A stretch of DNA of 64,000 nt from the IMG/VR virus record IMGVR_UViG_2593339273_000007, positions 10,582 to 74,581 of that record. The stretch is one strand, 5' to 3'. A model generated the notes under the pieces. That model worked only from the letters and a program-made list of their open reading frames with translations, searched no databases and had not been told where the DNA came from. The first letter of the stretch is position 1. Each line of letters opens with the position of its first letter. This document shows, piece after piece, positions 18,665-27,118 of this stretch. A program made the translations under genes and the position numbers. The DNA comes from a virus (Duplodnaviria > Caudoviricetes).

Positions 18665-20479
18665 TTATCCCTCATCATAAATTTCCACTAAAGTTACTTG
18701 CATATTTTCTTTTAGATTAACTTTGTCTTTTCTCTTTAAATATTTTTCTATATCAAAGGTATTTTTCTTATTGTAATCGGAAAGCTGTTTGTAGTTCTTA
18801 TGCTTGGTTATATCAAACTTATCACTGAAAAAAGGTCTTGCTCCTCTTATTTCCAAGATACACTTTCCTCCGTCCATCACTTTCAGTTCATCTCTGCTCA
18901 TCAGTTCCTTTCCAAGCTTTTGATAGTTTAGTCCAAACGATTTTTGATTTGATCTTGTTTCCGATGTGTTGTAAAGGTCTATGGTTTCTTTTCCCAAGTT
19001 TTCGGACAGCTCCTTGATAGTCGTTCCTTCTTTTCCGCCTAAAAATAGCTCGCTATCACAATTGCCTAGAATCGTGTCGGCATGGTCTTTATAGATTGCT
19101 TTTAATTGACTTTTTGCTTGAAGGATAATACTTGCCGATATTTCTCTGGAACGAATGGTTGCAATGAGTTTTTCGAACTTCGGTATTTGTCCAATATTGC
19201 TAAATTCATCAAGTAGACATCTCACATGAACAGGTAATCTTCCACCATATACATCATCTGCCTTATCACATAAGAGATTAAATAGCTGAGTATACATCAT
19301 TGCCACTACAAAGTTAAAGGTGTCATCGGTATCGGATATGATAATAAAGAGGGCTGTCTTTTTATCCCCTATGGTGTCAAGTCCCATTTCATCATATTCC
19401 ATAAGGTTTCTAAGTTCCTCTATATCAAATGCCGCAAGTCTTGCCCCACATGATATAAGAATCGACTTGGCAGTTTTTCCGGCGGCCAATTTGTATTTTC
19501 TATATTGCTTGACAGCAAAATGATTCGGCTTTTCTTTTTCAAGTGCATCAAAGATATAATCTACTGCATTTTTAAAGTTTTCATCTTCTTCTCTCACTTC
19601 GCTGGCATCAATAAAGGCAAGTAGACTTTCAAAATTTTGTTCTTCCTCCGGTGCTTCATAGTATAGATAGCCTATTAAGGCTGTATAATACAAGCGTTCC
19701 GCTTTACACCAAAAATCTTCCGTAGATTTTTCTCCTTCGCCTTTTGTATTTGCCATAATCGTCTGTACAAGTTTTAGTATGTCCTTTTCACTCCTTAGAT
19801 AGGCAAAGGGATTATAGTGCATGGATTTTTTGAAATTTATGGTGTTTAGCACTTTAATATCATATCCGTTTTTCTCTAGCATCTTTCCGCACTCAACAAG
19901 AACGGTACCTTTAGGATCGGTTACAACATAGGATGAGTGCATTTGCATCAAATTGGGCTTTAAGAAAAATCGGGTCTTTCCACTCCCGGATCCTCCTACT
20001 ACAAGCACATTTTTATTACGAGCAAATTTAGGATTTTTAGGTCTTGAGTTCATTGTAAGGCTTTCCGTATTAGTTAAAAGTATGTTGTTTTCAAATTTTT
20101 CATCCAAATATGGCTCAATGTCTTTAGAACTTCCCCATCTTGCTGAGCCATATTCTACTCCTTGGCGAAATTTTTTTGCATTTTTCTTTTTTTGATAAAC
20201 AATAAGCCAAATAACTGCTGAAAAACAAATACCTGCAAATAAGTCATCTATATGAAATGATGGCAGATAAGACAGTGTTCCTATATCAGATAAAGCTACT
20301 ATCATCTTATCTACATAATCACCACCTACATAACTGTTTATATGCTTTGAAAATATATTCGCCAGATAAAAGAAAAAGAGATAAGGTAAGTTTTTAATTA
20401 CAAACTTTTTCTTATCTCTTATGTGAAATATATTTTTTATATCTTTTAGTATTTCTTTTACAATCTTCGTCTTTACCAC
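18665..20479 (-). CDS. virD4: VirD4/TraG-like type IV coupling protein
   Basis: EYGSARWG, VVGGSGSGKTRF, TDPKG, LLDEFSNIG, TIRSREIS. Confidence 0.95.
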   Translation of the reverse strand: MVKTKIVKEILKDIKNIFHIRDKKKFVIKNLPYLFFFYLANIFSKHINSYVGGDYVDKMIVALSDIGTLSYLPSFHIDDLFAGICFSAVIWLIVYQKKKNAKKFRQGVEYGSARWGSSKDIEPYLDEKFENNILLTNTESLTMNSRPKNPKFARNKNVLVVGGSGSGKTRFFLKPNLMQMHSSYVVTDPKGTVLVECGKMLEKNGYDIKVLNTINFKKSMHYNPFAYLRSEKDILKLVQTIMANTKGEGEKSTEDFWCKAERLYYTALIGYLYYEAPEEEQNFESLLAFIDASEVREEDENFKNAVDYIFDALEKEKPNHFAVKQYRKYKLAAGKTAKSILISCGARLAAFDIEELRNLMEYDEMGLDTIGDKKTALFIIISDTDDTFNFVVAMMYTQLFNLLCDKADDVYGGRLPVHVRCLLDEFSNIGQIPKFEKLIATIRSREISASIILQAKSQLKAIYKDHADTILGNCDSELFLGGKEGTTIKELSENLGKETIDLYNTSETRSNQKSFGLNYQKLGKELMSRDELKVMDGGKCILEIRGARPFFSDKFDITKHKNYKQLSDYNKKNTFDIEKYLKRKDKVNLKENMQVTLVEIYDEG

Positions 20480-20485
20480 TCCTTC

Positions 20486-20971
20486 CTACAAACTCTGCTC
20501 CTTATGTTTTTCTTTGATTTTATCTTTTTGATGTGTATTTTTAACTTTTTCTCTAAAATGATTTAACTTATCTATTACAGATTCTTTCTTTTTATCTTTC
20601 CCTGCAAATTTTGCAACCGCTTCTTTAAATGCCTGTTCCATTACCTTTTCATCTTTTGCCTGAAAGAAAATTATATTGTTTCCCGTAGTGAGATCTTTTT
20701 TGATACTGAATTTCACGCCATTTTTATTTAGTTCTCTTTTTAGGTTTTTTAAGTCCACATCATTTAATTCTAAGGTTTCCACTTTGCCTTTTTTTACTAA
20801 ATCTTTTACTGTAGTAGGCTTTTGTTTGCCGATGAAATCCTTTAATCCGTTTTTCTCTTTTTCTGCCTTGTTAAGTATCATTTTCATCAGTTTTACAACT
20901 TCTCTTGCCGTTAGATGAATTGCCCTTTTTTTTACCGCAATCACTTGTCTTGTTACTTCTTCATTGATCAA
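20486..20971 (-). CDS. pcfB: PcfB family protein (DUF3801)
   Basis: MINEEV start, KNGVKFSIKKD..FFQAKD, located upstream of virD4. Confidence 0.8.
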   Translation of the reverse strand: MINEEVTRQVIAVKKRAIHLTAREVVKLMKMILNKAEKEKNGLKDFIGKQKPTTVKDLVKKGKVETLELNDVDLKNLKRELNKNGVKFSIKKDLTTGNNIIFFQAKDEKVMEQAFKEAVAKFAGKDKKKESVIDKLNHFREKVKNTHQKDKIKEKHKEQSL

Positions 20972-20975
20972 TATA

Positions 20976-21830
20976 TCACCTACTTTCCATCAAAATTAAA
21001 TTAGCTGTCATTGCCTTTTCCCTCATGGTTTTTATTCTATGATTTTCCCCATTGAAGATAATAGGTGTTGCCATTTCGAGAAGTCTGGAATAGATTCTCT
21101 TTTCTTTTAAATCTGTTGTGTTCATCAGATGAGAGATTGATAAATTTGTTGTAACAATAATAGGCTTATTTGCCCTATATCTGCTGTCTATGATGTTAAA
21201 GATATGTTCTAGGGCAAAAGATGTATCTCTTTGTATTCCAAAATCATCTATAATCAAAAGTCTATTACTGTTTAGATTTTTGATATACATATTTTTATCT
21301 ATCTGTAGATTCATCATATCGTTTAATATCACTCCGAAGTTTGTCATTCTAACAGAGATTCCTTTTTCTATCAGGGCATTTGCAATAGAGGATGCCAAAT
21401 ATGTTTTTCCGGTTCCTACCGCCCCTGTCAATATAAGTCCTATATTTTCTTTTTCCATATCCTCAAAATGCTTTACATAATTTAAGCCTGCCTGTTTATG
21501 CTCCAAACTTCCATCTTCTTGTTCAAAAGTTTGTTTATACATAAGATCATCATCAAATGCCATACTTTTGAGTCTATTTATACGCATACTATGTTCAAAT
21601 TCTTCCATTTCTTTTCGTTCTTTTTCCATCTCTTTGCTTCTACAATCACAATTTTTAGGTATTTTTCTTAAGACACCACCGACATTTGCCATCTGTTGCT
21701 TGGCTGTATGGCATTTTCCACAATAGACAAGTCCATCTTCACTATTTACATAATCTCCATTTTCCTCATTTAGCATATTCTTTTCCATATTTTCAAATAC
21801 CTTATCGAAAAGTTCTCTTGTAGTTTCCAT
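20976..21830 (-). CDS. DnaC/IstB-like ATP-binding helicase loader
   Basis: YCGKC..CDC Zn motif, GAVGTGKT, LLIIDDFG, IVTTNL. Confidence 0.9.
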   Translation of the reverse strand: METTRELFDKVFENMEKNMLNEENGDYVNSEDGLVYCGKCHTAKQQMANVGGVLRKIPKNCDCRSKEMEKERKEMEEFEHSMRINRLKSMAFDDDLMYKQTFEQEDGSLEHKQAGLNYVKHFEDMEKENIGLILTGAVGTGKTYLASSIANALIEKGISVRMTNFGVILNDMMNLQIDKNMYIKNLNSNRLLIIDDFGIQRDTSFALEHIFNIIDSRYRANKPIIVTTNLSISHLMNTTDLKEKRIYSRLLEMATPIIFNGENHRIKTMREKAMTANLILMESR

Positions 21831-21875
21831 TCTCGATCCTCTCTTTCACTAAATTTTATTTTTTAAGCCTTTCAA

Positions 21876-22886
21876 TCATTTTCCCTTTAAAAAATCTTGC
21901 CATATTCTTTCATCATCAGCATAATTCTCCAGATTTCCTGTGTTTGTTGACTGTTTATTGTAATAAATAATGTTTATAGGAGCATTGTAGATAATAGATA
22001 GTAGATATGCTCTAAAATGTGTAATCTTAGATGTATTTTCTTTTAGAACTAACAATATATACTCTATATGCTCTTTTTTGATTTCTAATAACCTTCCCCT
22101 AATTTTTTCATAACTTATCCAAGTCTGATTTATTTTCAAATCTCTTTTACCTTCAACTGCATCCACCATAATTTCTACGACAAAATCTATATTTTCTTTT
22201 GTAGGGCTATCTCTATCCATAAAATCTAAATATGAAATATTTTGCTTGATTATTTTTTCTACTTGACCTCCTTCCTCTTTTTTCAATTTTCTCTTACATC
22301 CTGTTTTATCTATGGAGGTGGTCTTACTAATATCAGGTTCACTCTTTTTAGTTTTATTTATATTAGTCTTATTACAGTTTGTTTTTGAAACTTCTTGAGG
22401 TTTGTTTTCTAAATTTCTTGAAGTTTGTTTTTCAAACTTCTGTAAGTTTACTTTTGAAACTTCTTGAAATTTAACATTTAAACTTCTATCTTCACTAGTT
22501 TCTTCTTCTGCTGTCCTATTTTCTTCTTTTGTTTCTACAAGAAAACTTTTGACATAGATTATGTTCGGTTTTCCAAGCCCTCTTCTTTTCTTTTCTATCA
22601 GTCCGAAATCTTGTATTTCTTTCATAATATTGATTGCCTTGTTTCTGCCTATATTCATAGTTTCTTCTATTTCATCTATGGTAAATATGATGAATACTTT
22701 ATTTTCTTCATCTAACCACCCATTTTTCATAGATAAGCTCATTCTATCGAGCAAAATAGCATACAAAACTTTTGCATCGCTACTTAATGTTTTAAAAATG
22801 CTGTCTGTATATAAAATTTTAGGTATTTTAAAGAAGGAGTATTGATCTGCTTCTTTTCCGTAATAATAGCTAAATTTAATATTCAT
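21876..22886 (-). CDS. repA: replication initiator protein A (RepA_N)
   Basis: FFKIPKIL..AKVLYAILLDRMSLS..GWLDE..GLIEKKRRGLGKPNIIYVK. Confidence 0.92.
   Translation of the reverse strand: MNIKFSYYYGKEADQYSFFKIPKILYTDSIFKTLSSDAKVLYAILLDRMSLSMKNGWLDEENKVFIIFTIDEIEETMNIGRNKAINIMKEIQDFGLIEKKRRGLGKPNIIYVKSFLVETKEENRTAEEETSEDRSLNVKFQEVSKVNLQKFEKQTSRNLENKPQEVSKTNCNKTNINKTKKSEPDISKTTSIDKTGCKRKLKKEEGGQVEKIIKQNISYLDFMDRDSPTKENIDFVVEIMVDAVEGKRDLKINQTWISYEKIRGRLLEIKKEHIEYILLVLKENTSKITHFRAYLLSIIYNAPINIIYYNKQSTNTGNLENYADDERIWQDFLKGK
22388..22490. repeat. iteron array inside repA (putative ICE oriV)
   Basis: aaacttcttga-like units starting at 22388, 22411, 22434, 22457 and 22480 (exact 23-bp period). Confidence 0.8.
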
Positions 22887-22984
22887 AACTTCCTCCTTCC
22901 TGTATTTTTATTTGTTTTAGCAACAAAAAAAGAGATAACTTCTTTGCTATCTCTTTGAAAATATCTTAATTTTAGTTGTTATCT

Positions 22985-23854
22985 TTACTCTGTTTTATCT
23001 TCAGAATTTGTATTTTCTATTATAGGGTCTTTTACAACATCTTCTATAAGTTTTGACATATCTACTGCATTTTTAGAAGTGATAACTGGTTTTCCGGTTT
23101 CTTTCTCAATTTCCTTTCTTGCATTGCCCGCTATACTGCCTCCTCTTTTTGCAACTTTTCTATTTTCTTCTAATCCTTTAGGATTGGTCGTTTTGGTAAG
23201 TTCTGTTGTCGTGGCTTCTGCAAGCATATTGAGAACTACTTCAAGAGTAGTCATATTATCCCTTAAATTCTCCTTTTTCAGTCCTTTTAGATTTTTGTAT
23301 CCTCTTGTTGTCATTCCGGACCATGCTTTAGTGATTTCATCGGTAAGGATTGCATATTCAATTCCTTTTTCAATCCCATGATCCTCCCAAGCATCCGTAA
23401 GTTCCTTTCTTACTTGAATAGCTTGTAATCTTTGATTTATCCACTCTCTTGAATAGCCCTTCTTCAAATATGTTTCTAAGGCTCTGTCAATAGTAAGTTC
23501 CGGATCAACAATTTCATCAATTCGCTCTTTTCCTACTTCCGCAAGCCATAATTTGAAAGGCTCTGCCTTTGGGGATGGAATGGACTGAATAATACGGAAA
23601 ATATCTTTCATATTTCCCGCCAATATTTTTCTTTTTTTGCCACTTGATGATTTCATTTCTACCTGGGGACAATTTGTCCCTATGTAGAAAGCTAACTGTT
23701 CATCACGTTTTCTCATCTTCTTGAGATAATCTGTTGGATTTTTACTTTCTGACAAGACTCCAACTACATCGACTACTGAAAAATACCATTCTTCTTTTTC
23801 TTCATCCCAAAAAGAGCGTATTTCTTTATTTTCATATAGTTTTATTTCATCCAT
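22985..23854 (-). CDS. BRO-N domain protein (antirepressor-like)
   Basis: WYFSVVDVV..RIIQSIPSPKAEPFKLWLA, NLRDNMT. Confidence 0.85.
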   Translation of the reverse strand: MDEIKLYENKEIRSFWDEEKEEWYFSVVDVVGVLSESKNPTDYLKKMRKRDEQLAFYIGTNCPQVEMKSSSGKKRKILAGNMKDIFRIIQSIPSPKAEPFKLWLAEVGKERIDEIVDPELTIDRALETYLKKGYSREWINQRLQAIQVRKELTDAWEDHGIEKGIEYAILTDEITKAWSGMTTRGYKNLKGLKKENLRDNMTTLEVVLNMLAEATTTELTKTTNPKGLEENRKVAKRGGSIAGNARKEIEKETGKPVITSKNAVDMSKLIEDVVKDPIIENTNSEDKTE

Positions 23855-23953
23855 TACATCTACCTCTTTTATATATTATCCTGTTAAATAAGCTCTTTTT
23901 TTACCTCTTTAGCACCTTATATTATACCCTAAATTTGTAATCTTGTCTTTCTG

Positions 23954-24919
23954 CTAACGGAGATACTCTTTAAAGTAAATTTCCAGTGCTTTTTCTATAA
24001 TCCCTTCTGCTTCTTCTTTCGCTTTATCTTGAAAGAATTTTTGATAAATACTCTGAGATAACTTGATATTCTGATACTCTTTCATCTTCGGTTTTTTCAA
24101 GTTCAGCAAGTATGTTGTAATCATCTCCTTATTCAGTTCTTCTTGTCTGTTCATCAAATGAGGTGCTTTAGTATCGCTTGATTTTAAGGTTAATTCCAAT
24201 TCTTCATACTGCTGATACAGATAATCCTGTATCTCTTTTGGAAGATAGGATAAATCTACTGCCATTGTCAGTCCTATTTTTTCGTTATCAACATCTTGTT
24301 TCCAAGAATCAGACAATTCATTTAATCTTAAATATCTTGCAATAGATGCCCCCGAAAGATGATATTCTTTTCCGAGTGATTTTCTGCTGTCTGTTTTATC
24401 TTCCGCTTTGCTTTCCTTTTCTATAATACCCCTATCTAAATTGTTTATCTCTTTTTGTAAATCGTTCCTCTTGCCCTGACTTGCTATTTTTTCATATCGC
24501 ACTTTAAGGACAAGAGCTTTTTCGGTTGGTAGCAGGTCGGAAAAGGATCGTTGCATCAGATTGGTTTCTATCACATAGGTATAGGCTTCTTCTTCGGAAA
24601 GATGTTCTTTGACGATACAGGGAACGGTTTTTAGATTGGCAAGTCTGGCTGCATTCACTCTGTTATGTCCGGAGAGTATTTCATAAGCTCCATCTTCTTT
24701 TTTGAGTACGATAATTGGATTAAGTATTCCGTTTTCTCTTATACTATCTACCATATCCTCCAGTCTCTTGCCGGTGTATAGGGTAAATGGATGGTCGTGG
24801 TAAGCTTCCAACAAGTCAATTTCTATATCCTGTATATCCCCCTGTTCCAAGACACCTACATCATCCAGTAAAATATCGACCGCATCGGTTATTTCTCTTT
24901 TCACAAGTTTTTTACTCAT
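23954..24919 (-). CDS. parB: ParB/Spo0J family partition protein
   Basis: HPF, SIRENGILNPI, YEILSGHNR, ETNLMQR, QGKRNDL. Confidence 0.9.
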   Translation of the reverse strand: MSKKLVKREITDAVDILLDDVGVLEQGDIQDIEIDLLEAYHDHPFTLYTGKRLEDMVDSIRENGILNPIIVLKKEDGAYEILSGHNRVNAARLANLKTVPCIVKEHLSEEEAYTYVIETNLMQRSFSDLLPTEKALVLKVRYEKIASQGKRNDLQKEINNLDRGIIEKESKAEDKTDSRKSLGKEYHLSGASIARYLRLNELSDSWKQDVDNEKIGLTMAVDLSYLPKEIQDYLYQQYEELELTLKSSDTKAPHLMNRQEELNKEMITTYLLNLKKPKMKEYQNIKLSQSIYQKFFQDKAKEEAEGIIEKALEIYFKEYLR

Positions 24920-25688
24920 AGCAGATCTCCTTTGCCAAATTGTCATATGCAATATCTACGCTGCTGCCTTTTGCATATTTTTTTATACTTTGACCGCTGT
25001 ATATGGATTCACCCACTTTGACTGTTTTGGGGATTTTGGTTTGAAATACCTCTACCTTTCCCTGATACATTTCTTCCACCTGCTGAGTAAGGAGTTTTGA
25101 AAGATTTGTCCTGTTATCGCACATGGTAAGCAAGATGCCTTTTACCTTTAGACTTGCGTTGACCCTCTTTTTAATTTTTTGAATGGTTTTTAAAAGTTCA
25201 CTGATTCCGACGATTGCAAACAACTGTGTATCTGCTGTAATAAGCACACTATCCGATGCACAAAGTGCATTGATGGTCAAGATATTCAGCGATGGAGAAG
25301 TGTCTATCAGGATGTAGTCATACTGCTCTCGTATAGGTTCAAGGATGCTTGATAGGATTCGTTCACTTCCGGTTTCTGCTTTCATCTGCGTTTCTGTAAC
25401 GGATAGATAAATGCTTGATGGAATAAAGTCTATGCCATCATAGGATAGGATATATCCCTTCGCCAAGTAGTTTTCTTCCTCTAATTCTGCCATTAACAGA
25501 TGTCCTATGGTTTCTGTAAGTTCATTGGCATTTTCTATGCCAAAGCATCTTGTGAGATTAGCTTGCGGATCAAGGTCAATGACGAATACTTTTTTGCCGA
25601 GTTCTTTTAATGAATACGCAAGATTTAATGTTGTCGTTGTTTTTCCAACTCCACCTTTTCGATTGGCAACGGTGATAATTTCTGCCAT
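24912..25688 (-). CDS. parA: ParA/Soj family ATPase
   Basis: NRKGGVGKTTT, IDLDPQANLT, YDYILIDTSP. Confidence 0.93.
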   Translation of the reverse strand: MAEIITVANRKGGVGKTTTTLNLAYSLKELGKKVFVIDLDPQANLTRCFGIENANELTETIGHLLMAELEEENYLAKGYILSYDGIDFIPSSIYLSVTETQMKAETGSERILSSILEPIREQYDYILIDTSPSLNILTINALCASDSVLITADTQLFAIVGISELLKTIQKIKKRVNASLKVKGILLTMCDNRTNLSKLLTQQVEEMYQGKVEVFQTKIPKTVKVGESIYSGQSIKKYAKGSSVDIAYDNLAKEICYE

Positions 25689-26024
25689 AGTATGCCCCCT
25701 TCTTCTCTATACAGAGATTTCATTTTATGCTATACTTTTATACAAATTTTGAGTATAAAAAATGATGACAGTCTATCCATCATCAAAGTTTAAAAGTTTT
25801 GTGGAAGCCTTTAACCCTTGATTTTTCTTGGATTTATTGTACTGTCATCATTATAGCATTATCCCCACACCCACTTTCGCCACAAAGTACTACACATTGA
25901 CCTTTTGATATAGTTCCTTTTACATTATCTAATGTCTTTTCTTTTTTTCCTTCATAAGCAAAGTCTATTTTAAAATCCAAAATATCTTCACTTCTATCAG
26001 TTATACGACTCATAAATTCAACCC

Positions 26025-26645
26025 TTATTTTATAAATTCATTAAAAATCTTTTTCCAACCTGCTCCAATAAATTCCCCCAGCATTTTTACATATTCAATA
26101 GTTTCATCCTTGCTATATCCTTTTTTGATAATTAAGGCATAGATATTGAATTGTTGACTCATTAAAAGTTCCACTAAATCCAATTTCATCTCACTTATAT
26201 CTGAGTCAATGTTTTCCTTTATAAATGTCTTTGTTTGAAATATTTTATTTTTCATCATTTCATCAAACATAGCCTCAACGGAGCTTCCTTTGCTGCAACA
26301 TAGCAAAAGTTTACATTCCTCATAATATTCAAACAGAAGATCTATATACCTTGCAGTTTCTTTCTCTATATTCTTCAAAAAATCTTCAAAATTTTTATCT
26401 GTGCGATAATTCATATATGATGCTCTATTATCTTTCACCTCTCTATTCAAAGCTTCTAAAAAATCTTCAATCAGACTATAAAAAAGTTCATCCTTTCCTT
26501 TGTATCTCGTATATATAGCCCCGGTTGTAACTCCTGCTTTTTTAGCAATATTACTTATTGCGGTAGCTTGAAATCCATTTTTCAAAAATTCTATTTTAGC
26601 AGCTTCTATAATTGGTTTATCCAGTTCATGATTTTTATTAGCCAT
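26025..26645 (-). CDS. TetR/AcrR family regulator
   Basis: AAKIEFLKNGFQATAISNIAKKAGVTTGAIYTRYKGKDELF; start moved to the ATG after GAGGAGG. Confidence 0.9.
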   Translation of the reverse strand: MANKNHELDKPIIEAAKIEFLKNGFQATAISNIAKKAGVTTGAIYTRYKGKDELFYSLIEDFLEALNREVKDNRASYMNYRTDKNFEDFLKNIEKETARYIDLLFEYYEECKLLLCCSKGSSVEAMFDEMMKNKIFQTKTFIKENIDSDISEMKLDLVELLMSQQFNIYALIIKKGYSKDETIEYVKMLGEFIGAGWKKIFNEFIK

Positions 26646-26841
26646 GTTCATTCCTCCTCGTGTTAAAAATACCATGTTTTTATAATCAATAATATCATAA
26701 TCGATAATTATATTATTGATTATACAGCAGTTAGTGTAATCTAACAAGTCCTGAGTAAAGGTTTCGTATATTTTTCACGCTAACTTCACTGGTATTCCCT
26801 CTCTTTTTAAAACCTTTAATTTTTCCTGTTTTTCTATTCTC

Positions 26842-26913
26842 TCATTTGTAAACTTCTTCACTGACAGGTATAGCTTTCCCTTTGACATAGATGTAATATT
26901 CTTTTTTATCCAT
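26842..26913 (-). pseudogene. 5' remnant of an ICE sigma-70 region-4-like regulator gene
   Basis: Strong AGGAGG RBS, then MDKKEYYIYVKGKAIPVSEEVYK and a stop. This N-terminus is typical of the ICE sigma-like family. Confidence 0.5.
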
Positions 26914-27118
26914 TGTGCGTTCCTCCTTTTTCTGCTCTCTGATTTTGGTTTTTGAGAATAAAAAAGGAGGACTTCTACACTTTGGCGTAAAAAGTCCTCC
27001 GATTACAACAAGGAAATTGTCCTTTGTTGTATGGTCTTTATTCAGTTTTCGGTCTTGATTACTTAAAAATCTTTGTTATTGTTTTCACTTCTTTGTCTCC
27101 ATTCCCATAATACAAATT

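Larger units (their letters stand above)
15633..18665. repeat. four copies of a 25-bp palindrome ACTTyTGyTCAwwwTGArCArAAGT
   Basis: Copies at 15633-15657, 17203-17227, 18343-18367 and 18641-18665. Confidence 0.85.

Noticed and set aside
15633-18665. Palindromic repeats or iterons as a CRISPR array
   Set aside because: Spacing is irregular (hundreds of bp) or contiguous without unique spacers, and no cas genes are present.
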